From positions 94,304,001 through 94,368,000 of the forward strand of contig NW_024704742.1 of assembly GCF_018977255.1 (NCBI RefSeq): a stretch of DNA of 64,000 bases, given 5' to 3'. Position 1 is the stretch's first letter; each line of letters begins with the position of its first letter. This stretch comes from Callorhinchus milii (Eukaryota). Of this stretch, positions 50,821 to 63,865 are shown piece after piece. Both the position numbers and the translations under genes were made by a program. Under the pieces are notes generated by a model. The model was not told where the DNA came from and searched no databases. It saw only the letters and a list, made by a program, of their open reading frames with translations.

Positions 50821-52059
50821 TTACCTCGAAACTACGGAGCTGATTGAATTGTAAGATGTTCCTCCATTGCAAATAGATGCGTAGGTTTCATGTCCATTGG
50901 TATCTAAGTTAACTTTGAAAATGGCCGAGGCCTTTAAAAGAAAATCTGCAGCATCTCGACGACCGAGACCCCTCAGTTTTGACATTAAAAGTCCAACATT
51001 ACTCTCTGGTAAAGCTGCCCATTCATTTAAAAGAGTATCCATCGGACTCGCAGGAAGTTTACCTTCTCTTGAAGTCCCATTCTGCACATTGAGCTTTGCA
51101 ACAAGATCAACAAGGCCTAAATTAGTAGCCAGTAGGCACCAGTCCTTACCCATAGGATCCGGTGGGTCAAGAAGGCGGATAAGTTTTCGTCTGGCAAGAT
51201 TGTTCAGTTCTGACACAGGGATATCCATACCTAGACTTCCCTGGGAGTAGATATCATGGCAACCAAAGCAGAGGATACTGCTGAAACTCTCTTTGTAGCC
51301 ACCCATAGCATTGGTCAAAGATGTCTCTCTGTGCACTTGAGCACGAAAGAAGTCTCTGGGCTGGTAAACCATAATAGGTTCACTGCGTTCCCTGAGCTGT
51401 TGGGGGCTCAAGTAATGCTTCACAGCCAGAAGTCCAGGCAAGGTAGTCGCCATCAGATTATCTATCACGCTACAAATAGAATCCAGAAACATATAACACC
51501 TTATTTTTTCGACCTCTGGCCCTCTGACTTGTACCTCCACACCTTGTCCGTGGTTGACCAGCAACACTAAGACTTCGGTCCCTTTGTTGGATATTTTTGA
51601 TCCGTTCGTCCATAACCTTATATCCATCTCTCCCTCAGAGTTCTGCTGATGTATCCACCGACAAAGGTTCACCTGGACTTTGTGGAAAATACCACAAGGG
51701 AATGGGGTATGATATTCAACGGGAACAAACCGGACTCCTCCGTAAACCAACATTTCATCCTCTTCTTCAGTCCAGGAGCGGTGTAGACTGTCCACTTTAA
51801 TTAAAGCAGGGATATCAACCATTGAACCACTGGTCAGATCCCGAGCACAGATATCCATGGCATCCAGAATCTGTAATAGCTCCTCCACATCGTTTTCCAA
51901 CACCAGGTGCTGGATGTCATCGATTGTGTATCGGCCTCTGTAGTGGTGCAAAGCCTTTTGATTTTCATTGGACAGAAGCCTTCCCAGCACGTAGGTGCAC
52001 AGCCACCGAGGATCCAGCAACACCACATCTTGGATTGTTTCACTTTGTAAAATATTGAT
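50821..52059 (-). CDS. DAPK1: DAPK1 last coding exon (COR remainder, death domain, Ser-rich tail), INILQSETIQDVVLLDPRWL...SISSVVSR*
   Basis: ORF 50821..52074; gctcag| acceptor at 52061-52060; LLDPPDPMGKDWCLLA and GRRDAADFLL death-domain motifs. Confidence 0.97.
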   Translation of the reverse strand: MNILQSETIQDVVLLDPRWLCTYVLGRLLSNENQKALHHYRGRYTIDDIQHLVLENDVEELLQILDAMDICARDLTSGSMVDIPALIKVDSLHRSWTEEEDEMLVYGGVRFVPVEYHTPFPCGIFHKVQVNLCRWIHQQNSEGEMDIRLWTNGSKISNKGTEVLVLLVNHGQGVEVQVRGPEVEKIRCYMFLDSICSVIDNLMATTLPGLLAVKHYLSPQQLRERSEPIMVYQPRDFFRAQVHRETSLTNAMGGYKESFSSILCFGCHDIYSQGSLGMDIPVSELNNLARRKLIRLLDPPDPMGKDWCLLATNLGLVDLVAKLNVQNGTSREGKLPASPMDTLLNEWAALPESNVGLLMSKLRGLGRRDAADFLLKASAIFKVNLDTNGHETYASICNGGTSYNSISSVVSR

Positions 52060-52427
52060 CTGAGCGACAAACAAGGTTGAGAGAACAAGTAATCAGTGCA
52101 TTTGAAAATCAATATATATATATATAATAAATAAGTATAATACTTCCATTTGATGCATTGTCTGTCCTGTCGGAAGGATGACTCAAAGCGCTTCACAGGA
52201 CTTCATTGTAAAGTTTAGTGGCTGTGCATTTCGTACGTGAACATGTCAGCACAAACAGTGAATGACCAATTTCATCTGAGGGATTGCTGGCCAGCACACT
52301 GGAAGAAATACCCTTCTCTTTTCAAGTAGTACCATGGGATCTTTAATGTCCATTTCAATTTAATGTCTCATTATAGGACGGTACTTTCAACAATGCAGCA
52401 TGTTGGCAAACGTGGCTTATTAATGAA

Positions 52428-52960
52428 TAACAACAAATCGTGTTTATGCAGTGTCTTTCACATAGGAAGGGCGTCCTGAGGCGCTGCACAGTTGAGGATT
52501 TGCACACAAGTTGGGGGATGGATTCAGTTGGGATAAACGCTGGGAGTGGGGGTGGAAGATGATCAAAGGCATGGTCAAGGAGAAAGGTCTTGAGACAGAC
52601 CTTGAAGGAGTCGAGGAATGGGGGGGACGTGAAGGCACTCCGGGATGGAGTGGGAGCAGAAAGACTGGTAGGGTGGGGGTTATGAAGCAGGCCAGTGCCT
52701 GCTGAGAGGAGGGACTGGGCAAGCTGGTAAGATTTTAGAAGGTCACAAAGGTGGGGGTAGGGTGGGGGTTGGGGCAAGACCATAGAGGGATTTAAAAATG
52801 ATGATGAAGTTGAACTCCAGTTGGAGGATGGGAAGCCAGTGGAGCCAAGCAAGGGTGGAGGTAATAGGTTTGCGGAGCCTGGATGGGATAAAAGCCAGGA
52901 TAAGGGTCTCAGCAACCCCAGGGGAGAGGTAGTGGCAGAGGCGGCAATGTTGGGGAGATA
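52428..52960 (-). mobile_element. Degraded L2 3' fragment in the last DAPK1 intron
   Basis: FKVCLKTFLLD remnant and L2 tail. Confidence 0.72.
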
Positions 52961-55327
52961 GGGAAACGCTGATCCCCTTAATTGTTTATACCACACACAC
53001 GTATATAAAAAAATACCAGGGATGACATTATAGTAATGTGGAGAAAGTGAAAAGTTGGGGCTGTTTCTGCTAAAGCAACAATGTTTAACCTATAAATGGT
53101 TTTGATGGGTAAATAATAATAGACTATTTCCACTGATGCAAGACAGAACAAAGAGGAGGCACGAAGCTTTGATGGAAAGGTGTAGAATTATATAGTTTCA
53201 CAAAATACAGGTCAACACCACTTCCAGGTACCTCAGTTTAGCGTGGGTCTATATTGTGGACACGCAGTATATTGCAAGCACAGAACACCTGGCTTCCATG
53301 CTGACTGGCTGTATTCCTGGACTAAACAATGGACACCTTCCGAGGTATCAGGTCATCGCTGACAACACTTCCTGAGTGCTCTATACCGGTGCGCTATCCA
53401 AAGCCCCACAGACTTCACTTATTGAAAGAACTGATTTCAGCAACACTTCCTGCACATTGCGAGCAGGAAATATCATCAGTGTTCACCTGACAAGCCAGAA
53501 GGCAGCAAAAGAGGACTTTACCCTAAATGACCCTAAGGTTAAGGTAAAATGAGTTGAGCAAAAATTACTTCTCACAGAGAGTAAGAATAATCTGGAATGG
53601 AGAATATAAATATTTTAAGGGATATAGAGGGAAAGTAGAGTTAGAGGGGGTTTGCAGCATGTGGACCATGGAACAAGTGGATGAGAAAATTGGATTACAG
53701 CAAATTGCTCGATGGGCTGAATGGCCTCCTTCCATATTGTAAACTTTCTTTGGTTTGATTTCTAGCTCAAATCTGTTGGCAAAAATGTTATAAGCACAGT
53801 CTTTTTTGGACATATTTGTTTGATTCAACACAAGTGGAATCCATAGAGAACAAATTCAACTACGGGCTAATAGTTTACAATTCATTTCAAATGGACAGAT
53901 GTAAGGGAACAAAGATTAGAACAGAAAAATGAAATTTGGGCAGACAACGAACAGACAGGCAAAAGTATTTAAAAAANGGTTTAATTACTCGCTATTCAGA
54001 ATATTCAGTCAATCTGAAGCTCTACCAATAAGGCTATTTGAGAGCCAGGATGAACCTAAAGTTCATTTGAAGACAAGTCAAAACAAGTTGTTCACAATGA
54101 AACACTACCCGTAAAATTAGATTTTACAGGCATTGCATCCTAAACTCTTAAATCAGCTAACCTCATTAGAGATGCTTCAATAGGCATCAGCACCATGGCC
54201 TAAGCTAAGTGAAAACTAGTACAACCAGATTCTCACTTTCTAGCTCCTATTGTGAACGCTGTTGAAAAGTATAATAATGGACAATGATTGAGGACATCGA
54301 TTGGGTTAGTCTGCGATTACCTCCACAGTAGAACAGCTGCCAACACAGACTCTGCCAGGTGTACACTGGAAGAATATCTACATGTCTACTTGGATGTGGT
54401 AACGCAGAATGAGCCACACCCATAGGAAACCTAATTCAAACGCAGAATTTCATCTACAAAACACAGACACACCACTTTACAATACATCGGTGAAGCACGT
54501 TGAAATGTCTCGATGACGTGGTAAGGCACTTTGTTATAATAATAATCCTTGCATTTGATAAAGGATTATCAAACCTTTAGGAGAGAGAAAAATTGAAAGA
54601 ACTGAGAAAAAGGGAGGCAAAGCTTACGTAGATTAAAATCAAAATATTTAAAAAAATATCGTAGCTTGCCAACACTTTGTTTTTGTCCTCCACTCAAGAC
54701 ACTGACAAGATATTGACTCATGCTGGGTTGGTTGTAGTTCTATAAAACGGCTAGAACCCTCGGTTTCCCAACCTATTACTACGCAATATCCAGGCAGTGA
54801 TTTGATCTGTGGTTTAATGACTAAGCTTCTCAAGAACTTAGTCTTATGACCTTCCCAGTTAGCTCTCTGATTGTATCACTTACTGTTCTGTAATCTCACC
54901 CAAATATATTTTGTACATATTGTTCCTACTGTGGATTTAGTACAATGTTTTAATTTCTTTGTGAAAAATGAGGCGATCAGAAAGTACACAAGGTAGATTT
55001 TTCTTACTGGCCAATAAACTTCATTCACCATGTGCTTCATTCACCATCACCTCCATGAAACCCACCACCTGCTGCCTCAACCCCCTCCCCACCAACTTGC
55101 TGGTCACCCAGCTCCCCCTCCTCTGCCCACTACTGGCTGACGTCATCAACCAGTCCCTCTCTTCCAGATCAGTCCCTGCCCTGTTAGAAAATAAAATCAG
55201 CCAATTCTGTAAGGAAATAACGCTAATTCCTTTAACCAGATATCAGACTGTTTTATTATTATTCGTTTGTTATTCCCCAATATCCCGATGGGTCAGACCA
55301 AAGGCCGGTACAATCAACAGATCTTAT

Positions 55328-55576
55328 AACAACAACAACAAGATTCCATTTATTGAGCGCCTTTCACGTCGGGAGGACGTCCAGTTGGGTCAGGACCCGA
55401 GCAAGGGGGAAATGGTCAGGGTGAGGGGAGGGAAGGGAGGGAGCGAGGAGGGGGGAAATGGTCAGGGTGAGGGGAGGGAGGGAGCGAGGAGGGGGGAAAT
55501 GGTCAGGGTGAGGGGAGGGAAGGGAGGGAGCGAGAAGGGGGTAGAGAGTCGAGAGGGGAGCTGAAGGCACGGTCAA
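55328..55576 (-). mobile_element. L2 3' end (young subfamily, three 3' UTR repeat units)
   Basis: (CAA)n tail, aagattccattt and 3x aaatggtcagggtgagggg. Confidence 0.88.
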
Positions 55577-55589
55577 GAAATTTTTTCCA

Positions 55590-56405
55590 CCTCTCTTTGC
55601 AACCGCCAGTCCCCTGATGTTCTGTCAGCCTGCCTGTCAGACCTCAGGGGCTGGATGAGCGTAAATTTCCTTCAGCTGAACCTTGACAAGACGAAAGCCA
55701 TATTCTTTGGCTCTCGTCAACGTCTAAAATCTTACGGCTCCTAACTCCTCCACCTACCCGATCTCCCCCTAAAACTCTCTGAACCCATACGCAATCTAGG
55801 CATCAGGTTCGACCCAATTATCCTTCCTCCCCCACATCCGGTCCCTCCCCAGCACCTGTCTTCTCCTACCTCTGACGTATCGCCCGTCTCTGCCAATACC
55901 TCTCTCCAAAAGCCACTGAAACCCTAGTCCATGCCTTTATCACCTCTCGGCTGGACTATTCTAACGCCCTCCTTGCTGGTCTCCCATCCACTACCATCCA
56001 TAAAATCCAAATCATTCAAAACTCTGCCGTCCGCATTCTCACCCGCACCAAACTCTGCTCCCCGATGACCCCAGTCCTTGCCAGACTGCACTGGCTGCCT
56101 ATCCCAGTAAGGATCGACTTCAAGATCCTCACCCTCGTATTCAAATCCCTCTACTCCTCTGCAACCCCTACCTCTCTGACCTCCTCTCGCCTCAAAACGG
56201 TACCCGTTGCCTTCGTTCCTCCGGGTCTGGCCTCCTCCTTGTCCCCCGAGTCCTCCGCTCAACCCTCGGCGGCTGTGCCTTCAACCACTATGCCCCGAGG
56301 CTCTGGAATTCCCTTACTCACTCCCTTCGCCTCGCGCCCCCTCTTCCTATTTTCAGGTCTCGACTGAAGACCTTTCTTTTCGACTGCGCCTTTGGTCACC
56401 TTCCT
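55590..56405 (+). mobile_element. L2 ORF2 C-terminal fragment; a more 5' piece lies at about 55040-55180
   Basis: [15 protein letters not shown] and [13 protein letters not shown] remnants. Confidence 0.85.
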
Positions 56406-57392
56406 CCTCTCAGTTTGGACTACTCTACCTGTTGGGGCTTTGGCTCGCAGGGTTAAAGAGTTAACAGGCATTGAGTTGGTGGAATCCCTGCTCAAAGTGA
56501 CCAGTTCGCCTTTCCAAGTCTTACCAATGAACCAGGATGCCTGCTGTCATCAGTAGTGCCCTGGAGGCTGCAGACCCGCCTGGCTCAGCAACCATACTAG
56601 AGACCGCCATAGAGAGCTGACTCGATTCCCTGGAACCAGCTCAGCATCATGGAAACTTTACTTCTCACCCCCCTCCCTCCTCACTGGTAGGATTGGTATT
56701 CTGGAAGGATATTTCAAATAGGTTTCTTTCTCCAGATACTGGAGAACAGTGTAAAAATGGAGACACCCAACAATCACAAGTATGTGGTTTCAGCAGTGTC
56801 AGCGGATACAGGGAATTTTAGTTATCATCCCATTGGCCGGGTCCAATGCATCTCCGACCACATTACAGTGAATCACAAAACAAATGCTGACTTCCAGGTT
56901 AAGCTGCCACTGCTGGACCTGCCTGTTTATTGCTGTGTATTGCTGTACATTCCTCACTTCAGAGGATACATTGCTACCATCAATTGTATTAGCCTTCAGT
57001 GTGTGGCTCCACAGTAGGTCTCCAGGGGACACAGCACTATATCAAACCATTTTTAATGTCAACGTTTAAAATCATTGCTGATAAATGGATCAAAACCTGT
57101 ATCTGGGCACATCAGTTACGGAGCTTGTGTCAATCAAAATAACTGGTGACCAGCTGCAGTGTCTCACAGTGTGGTGCTGCCCTGTCACTGGAACTCTATT
57201 CTTTGATCCTCAAGTCCTGGGTTGAAATCCTTTCTAAATCTTTTCTGAAACTCTCTCACAAACAATTTGAGAAGAGAAACAGTTTTTTTTATTCTATTCC
57301 CTCAACTCTTACTGGCGAGAGTTCCTGAGCACACGCTGAATAGATGAGCTGTAGCTCACTGTCCCTGACAAAGCACCCAGAGCTCCACTCAC

Positions 57393-57581
57393 CTCTCCCA
57401 TGCTGTGCAGCTGCTGCGCCAACTCCCTCAGATCTTCCTCGCTCACCAAGGGGTTGATTCGGTCCTGCACGTCGTAAACAAACTGCTGCCACGACATGAA
57501 CTGGTTTGGCCCATTCCGTTTCCTCCAGGAAGGCAGAATGGAGATGATTTTCTCACAAAGGAACGTCATGGGTGGACAAGC
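57393..57581 (-). CDS. DAPK1: DAPK1 exon ACPPMTFLCEKIISILPSWRK...LAQQLHSMGE
   Basis: ctttcag| acceptor and GAG|gtgagt donor; 189 nt. Confidence 0.95.
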
Positions 57582-58689
57582 CTGAAAGGGATCAAGACAC
57601 AAAAGTATTCCTTCATTTTTCATATCACAGCACGACCCACGCAATAGCTAATTGTGCTAAAAACATTAACTTCACACAATTGATTTAAACAAAACAGTTA
57701 CTGTACTTGCTTCCCATTGAACACAAAATACTATTATTACAAAAATACGCAGTCAATCCACTTTACAATATATTCAATGAAGTGCTTTGAGCCGTCTCAA
57801 TGATGTCATAAGGCTATATAAAATGTAAGGATTATGGTTATTATACTGTTACAGGATTTAAAACAAATAAAACAAACTTTAAGAAAAGATATTTATTTTG
57901 TCATCGTTAGTGGTCCCCACCTTGAATTTCTTCCCTTTTCTTCTGAAGGCAGGAACTCACGTGAGGGTTTAGAGATAAACTGGTGAAATGCAAGTCCAGA
58001 ATGTGCTCTTTACACAAAGGGTCACCTTTATGTAAAAGGACTACTCTCTGCCTGGTACTTCTTCAAGTGCAAAACTCAAGACAGTCAGTCGGTATTGACA
58101 CATTATTTGCCTGTGTATGTGTTGTGTGGAGGGGGATAGAGAGGGGGGTCTGGATCACTTGACATTCAGCCAAATACACGCCTCAACAGAGATCAATGCA
58201 CCAATCAGCAGTGTACACTTGGCTGATTTCCCACCTTCCTCCTGTACTAAAACAATCTGCAGCACTCCAGCTGGGATAAACTCAGGATGGGGAGGGACTA
58301 GACTTTACAGACTGCAATGTGTCAGGAATGTGAGGAAAGAGCTGGAAAGATGGGAGGTGATTTAGGAAAACGTCAGCAGGCTTCCTTCTGTGCCGAATAT
58401 TTCTAATCTGTGCTTAGTTATCTGATCTCACTCAGGCCAATAATCGGCCTCAATGTCTCAAGGCTGGATAGAGGGAGGGGAAATAGTCTGGGTTTCTGCT
58501 CTTGATCACTATCCAGTGAGTGACTGTATATGTTAGGTGAGGACAAGGTTAGCCTGTGATGTACATTCCACAAGCTGATGAGACTCACCAGAATCCACAA
58601 GATCTGACGTGCCTGAAACCTCACCAGTTCTCTCTCTATGCAAGGACTGGGTCACCTCTTCCATTCCACTCCCCCTATAAATCCATGCA

Positions 58690-59002
58690 ATAACAATCCT
58701 TGTGTGATACGGCACAATGTCAAACCTTCTCAAGGAGCAGCCTGGGATTTCATTGTAAAATGTAGTGCCTGTGTATTTTGTAGCAGACACTTTGCGCACA
58801 GCAGCGTCGCACAATCAGTCATGGGGCGAATGACTAAGTTAAGTGGAGCTTGTTGTCTATTGGGAGAAACTTCCTTTTCTTTTCAAACAGTGTTATGGGA
58901 TTTTTTTNGTTCAACCAAAAATAGGCAGACAGAACCTTGGTTTTAATGTCTCATCCAAAGGACAGCACCTCCAACACTGCTACTCTGGAAAGTCAGCCTA
59001 GA
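58690..59002 (-). mobile_element. Older Deu-domain SINE (SacSINE1/AmnSINE1-like); further pieces at about 3770-4050, 4445-4652, 32085-32275 and 52150-52400
   Basis: gggagaaact..atgggat..aggcagac..ggttttaatgtctcatccaaaggacagcacctcc resembles the recalled Deu-domain consensus. Confidence 0.6.
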
Positions 59003-59047
59003 CTATGAGCCATCTTTGCAACAGTTCTTGGTGACGAATACACTTAC

Positions 59048-59168
59048 GGAAATAATCCAATATCTTAATTCCAGCAGGTAAGTCCGTAGTAGCTTCATAT
59101 CTTTGGATCCGGACGCCCCCACGTCCAGCACGAACAGTCGGTCAGAGATATGCATGTCGTTTCCAAAC
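59048..59168 (-). CDS. DAPK1: DAPK1 exon (R)FGNDMHISDRLFVLDVGASGSKDMKLLRTYLLELRYWIIS
   Basis: ctgtag| acceptor and TCC|gtaagt donor; 121 nt. Confidence 0.94.
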
Positions 59169-60272
59169 CTACAGACCCACAAAAAAAAATCACATTGCCC
59201 CATTGAACATAATGCTAATTGATCAAAGCCCTTCACAGTTTGTTCCTGGCAGTGCAGTGAAATGAAAAAAAATGCACAAATTGAAAGGATTTTCCACACT
59301 GTGCCAGAGAATGACGTGAGGCAACCTTGGGTACAGATTGTAGTTATGCTAAAAAGACAAAAACAAACATCTTATTAGCATTAAAAACCACTTGAGGACA
59401 TTGTACTGTAGCATTGACTATGTAGTGTCCCGACTGTGGGATGCTATTTGTTTAAGACAAAATATATTTGAATTCAGGCCTCACCTACTATACCAACCTG
59501 ATAGCTGCCAGGAGCTGAATCCCAGGCTGGCTTTGCCCCCTCTCTAGCCCAGGAGGGCTGAGCTCAAATATATTACAGGCCCTGCTGAGATCAGCAAACT
59601 CAACCACGGACCATGCAATCAAACTTGTGACCCTATGGCTTGCGAGACTTACTTCCAGTCACTTGGCCACTATGGGAGCTGTGCTGGGGTTATTTTCTGC
59701 AGACTATTCAGTGGTTCCGGGTACAGTCTGGTCTGCTGACAAAACACTCTGAATGATGTCAGCGGCTCTTCAAAAATAAAAAAATTGCTGGTTCTACATC
59801 ACCTGCTATTGACAGTTCTTCAATTGGTCAGGGATTCAAAAGGAACCAGATGATTGAATTGGGTACTGCAGCAGAAAAATGGAAATAAATTGAGAAGCAA
59901 TTCACTTTTCTCTCTTGCCCGAGACAACGCTAAAGGCTGCTTTCTGTCTTTTTTGTTGAAGGTCAGTATACAGCAACTTTTGTTGCAGTAATACTTTGAG
60001 CACTGAATGGAAGATTCATTGTTTTTTTTGGCTCTCACTATTGCTTTTTAAGACATATGTATATGGAGGCTCGGGCTTGCTCCCTTACCACAGCTATAAA
60101 AAGGGAATGGACTCTGCAGCAGGCATCTCCGAAAATACTCCTGACTACTTGGTTGGTCACTGGGTCAGTAACTAGAAGTCATCAATTTAAGATAATTAGT
60201 AAAGGAGCAAATGGGGCCAAGTTGAGCTGAACAGCCTTCTTCTGTACCGTACATTTCTATGGTTCTACTCAC

Positions 60273-60411
60273 CGACTGCGGATTTCCTTCAGAAGTGAGA
60301 GATCTTTGTCGTATGCAAACTCCCCTCCAAAGGTTCGAGGGCAGTTCACAATGTCTGCATGTGTGGCAACAAGAACCACCTGCAAAGGATTCTTCAGCTT
60401 CCCACCGAAGG
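60273..60411 (-). CDS. DAPK1: DAPK1 exon (A)FGGKLKNPLQVVLVATHADIVNCPRTFGGEFAYDKDLSLLKEIRS(R)
   Basis: ccacag| acceptor and CG|gtgagt donor; VVLVATHAD ROC motif; 139 nt. Translated by hand. Confidence 0.95.
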
Positions 60412-61321
60412 CTGTGGAGGAAACAATCTGCTTTTAACAATTTTAGAAATCAGGACAAGTGTCAGAGCTACTCCCAACTGAAGCCGGGGAAAGAATAGGC
60501 AACAAGTCCACAAAGTTATAAATGTCAACTTCTCTCAAAAAAATCTATTCTTGAAATAAGCTGCTTAGGACAGAATAAGAATATCTGGTTGCTGCATTTT
60601 ATTTACACATCCAACATCTGAACTGTATCTTTCACTCTTATGACTATAAAAACTAGCTACAACAACAACTTGGATTTATATAGTGCCCTCCATGCCGGAC
60701 TGCGTCTCAAGAGTTCTATGATCATTCCGTGCAATTACTAAATTCTACATTTTCCCTGTCTTTGTCTTATGAAATGCTGGTTATTAGGGAGTGTGTAACA
60801 TTTTGTATTCACTGTGTAATGTAAAACTTATAACATTACAATATTAGAGTATAAATATATCTATTACTTTAAAGGTCAAATGACGAGATCAACGGTTCTG
60901 CCAAATCAGAACATGTAAAATCAAATTGGCAAGTCCTGGCAGCAGGTGATCTAAATATATTGCTAGAGATCTAAAAATCTCATGTATATAGATTATATCA
61001 TATAGTATATATAACTATTGAGGATTACACATTATATGTCTTATATCATGTATGATATGATGTACGGTAACAGCACTCTTTGTTGAAAGCTTGTCAGGGC
61101 CCCCTGGTGGTAGCAATTGGTATGGAAGGTGAGGTTCTATTTGGTCAAGTTCTATTTTTAGAGACTTTTAACATCCAAACATCTGAAAAGATTTGACAGT
61201 AATTATGCACAGCAACATTCCACACGAGCCATGTGCTAATTGATGTATTTACTTGGTGGACTGTCGGTAAGGAGCTTGAAGGATGGCACCTCCGACAACA
61301 CAGCAACTCCCAACCCCTCCC

Positions 61322-61450
61322 AATAATAATAATAATAATAATCCTTGCATTTGATATAGCGTTTTTCACGTCGGGAGGACGTCCCAAAGCGCTTCACAGA
61401 ACACACTGTAAAGTGAATTGACTGTATATTTGTGGGCGAACGCGGCAACC
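61322..61450 (-). mobile_element. SINE 3' portion (L2-type loop variant)
   Basis: (AAT)n tail and tcacgtcgggaggacgtccc. Confidence 0.82.
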
Positions 61451-61496
61451 ATACTGCAATACTGCACTGACCGTGTCAGCTGAGACATATGAGTTA

Positions 61497-61810
61497 ACAA
61501 CCACCACCAAATTACATTTGTACAGGGCTTTCATGTCGGGAGGACGTCCCAAGGCGCTGGACAGACAGAGTTTTGGACCCGAGCTGAGGGTCGGGGGGGG
61601 GGGAGGGTGGAGGGCGTAGGGCAGGGGGGGGAAGCAGGGAGATTGAAAGCACAGTCAAAGAGGAAGGTTTTGAGGTCGGTCTTGAAGGTGGCGAGAGAGG
61701 GGGCGAGACGGAGGGACTGCGGGATGGAGTTCCAGAGGGTGGGTGCACAGTAGCGGAAGGCCCGCACGCTGATAGTGGGGCGAGCAAGGCGGGGGACGTG
61801 AAGCAGGCCA
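61497..61810 (-). mobile_element. L2 3' fragment
   Basis: RAFRYCAPTLWNSIP..FKTDLKTFLFD and tail. Confidence 0.85.
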
Positions 61811-63137
61811 GTTAAAGCTCCACTGTGGGGCTTGAACCCAAAGCAGCAACTGTGCAGCTAACTGGGCCAGGCTGAATGGAGAGAATGCATAGACAGAAGG
61901 AAACATACCAGAGTAGCCATCAGCTTGATTGCTTGAAACAAAAACAGTTTACAGCCCAGAAGATGACAACTTGGTTCAGTTAATACCTGTGCCCACTGTA
62001 GCTATCAAACAACAACAACTTGTAATTATATAGCACCCCTCACGCAGAGTAGAGTCCCAGAGCACTTTCTACCATCTATCCACTGTCTACCTTCTGAGCT
62101 GAGCTAGGTAATCGCAGCTGGTAATAAAGCTACGATATGGCCCCATGTCTCTGGGCTAGATGGGTGGGTGGAAGAGAAGTTAAGCAAAGTCAGTAATTTC
62201 CTGCCTCCAGTCACGACCTAATGCTCATCTATGAATGATTTAAGAGAATGGACATTGCTTTCTCAAAAAAGGGCTTCCATGGTTACAAATGACAAATTAA
62301 CTGACCTCAATCTGGTATTGCTGTTGAACTCACCAACAGGTGGCACTGAGTAACCTGAGGAGGATTCCCCCTTATGGTAAGTGCCTCGTCTCCACTTGGC
62401 ACCTCTCCACAGTGCACGTCCGTACTGCGACTGAGTACATGGGAGTGGCTGACACCAGCATAGCTCCTCCTGCTCCAGAGCAACTAGTGCTTCTCCACTA
62501 ACACTCCAGCTGCCAAGTTATCTCTTTCAGTTCAGTATTGAAACAGTACCGTGGAGCTCAAGGGATTGAACACAAATTTAAGTTGAGTAACAGGATCCTC
62601 TGATGCTTTTGAACAATATTTGATCAAATCCCTAGCCTGCATACATCCTTTGGTCATGTAAAAAGGCAATGTGAAACATAACTGGTTTAACCTATATGAG
62701 CCATGGCCTGTCAAAATGATTTCTGAACGAGATTAAGTGGATACATTATGAGCGGCAGCACTGAGCACAATGTCAGCAAACCAGATCCAGGGGCAGAATG
62801 GCTGAAAACTCACTCATCGATAGTGGAGTTGAAATGGGGGCGGGGTTGCAATAGGCTGAGTGGAGGGAGCGAGCGTATAGCATAGATAGGGTGCCAGAAT
62901 AATCACACTGTGAGTACGCAAACCTGCTGTGTTTTAGCCCCACCTCCCCCCCCCCACACACACACAAATGAGACACTGCTATCTACTTTTACCTACTTTT
63001 ATCAAAGAAGTTGAAGAAGGGAAACACTCTAGTCATTAAATCAACAGTTGCTGCACATATCTAATGCAACAATATGATGGAAGTCTGTGAAGTAATTCTG
63101 GAAACTCCGCACTGAGTCGTGTGGGTGAAACTCGTAC

Positions 63138-63335
63138 CTATGGGTTCCCCAGCCGGGATCAGAGATTTCAGGAAATTGAGCCAAAAGGTCACTTGATTCA
63201 GTTGCGTTTCGTACGGTTCCTCGAGACTGAACAGCACCATGTGGACAGCAGTGGGATCATTCACAGCAAAGTAATCATAACAGCAGTAGTAGACTGGATT
63301 GCCAGAGAACTCCCAGATGTTGAAATCACCAACTC
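63138..63335 (-). CDS. DAPK1: DAPK1 exon (G)VGDFNIWEFSGNPVYYCCYDYFAVND...LIPAGEPI
   Basis: ttttcag| acceptor and G|gtacga donor; WEFSGNPVY ROC motif; 198 nt. Confidence 0.95.
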
Positions 63336-63730
63336 CTGAAAATAACATTGAAAATGTTCACTCTGAAGTGGCAAATAGCCTTATTAGTGAGAAAAAACAC
63401 AGATCAGCCATGATCTAATTAAATGGCGGAACAGGCTCGAAGGGCTGAACGGCCTCCTCATGTTCCTATGTACAAATCCAACCAAACAAAGGATACTCAC
63501 CAACAATGCAGTATAAATCTAATACATACATATATTTATATATAAAAACAGAGCATGCTTACATTTTTTTTAAGGATCTGGTTTTAGACACGATGGGCTG
63601 AATGGCTCCTTTCTGTGCTCTAAGTGTCAAATTTTCTAAATTTTTTGGTAGTAAAAATCAAATCAATCCATTGCAATGCAAACATTGCTTTTGAATTCAC
63701 AGCAGGATTTATGGTGAGAATGTCTGCACT

Positions 63731-63865
63731 ATAATAATAATAATCCTTGCATTTGATATAGCACCTTATCACGTCTTCTAGACGTCTCAAAGCGCTTCAC
63801 AGAATATACTGTAAAGTGAATTGATTGTATATTTTGTGGGCAAAATGCGGCAGCCAATTGACACA
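63731..63865 (-). mobile_element. SINE 3' portion
   Basis: (AAT)n tail and shared body. Confidence 0.82.

Larger units (their letters stand above)
50821..63335 (-). other. DAPK1: DAPK1 gene span (3' part; upstream exons lie right of the window). Join 63335-63138,60411-60273,59168-59048,57581-57393,52059-50821
   Basis: Exons splice in frame (intron phases 1,2,0,0) to give ROC (WEFSG, ATHAD), COR, death domain and the tail GTSYNSISSVVSR. Confidence 0.95.

Noticed and set aside
50897..52058. Plus-strand ORFs overlapping the DAPK1 last exon, and similar ones opposite the CR1 ORF and CTSL exons
   Set aside because: They are antisense shadows of real coding sequence with no independent evidence
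53977..58908. Single N bases at 53977 and 58908
   Set aside because: These are ambiguous base calls after homopolymers, an assembly feature and not biology
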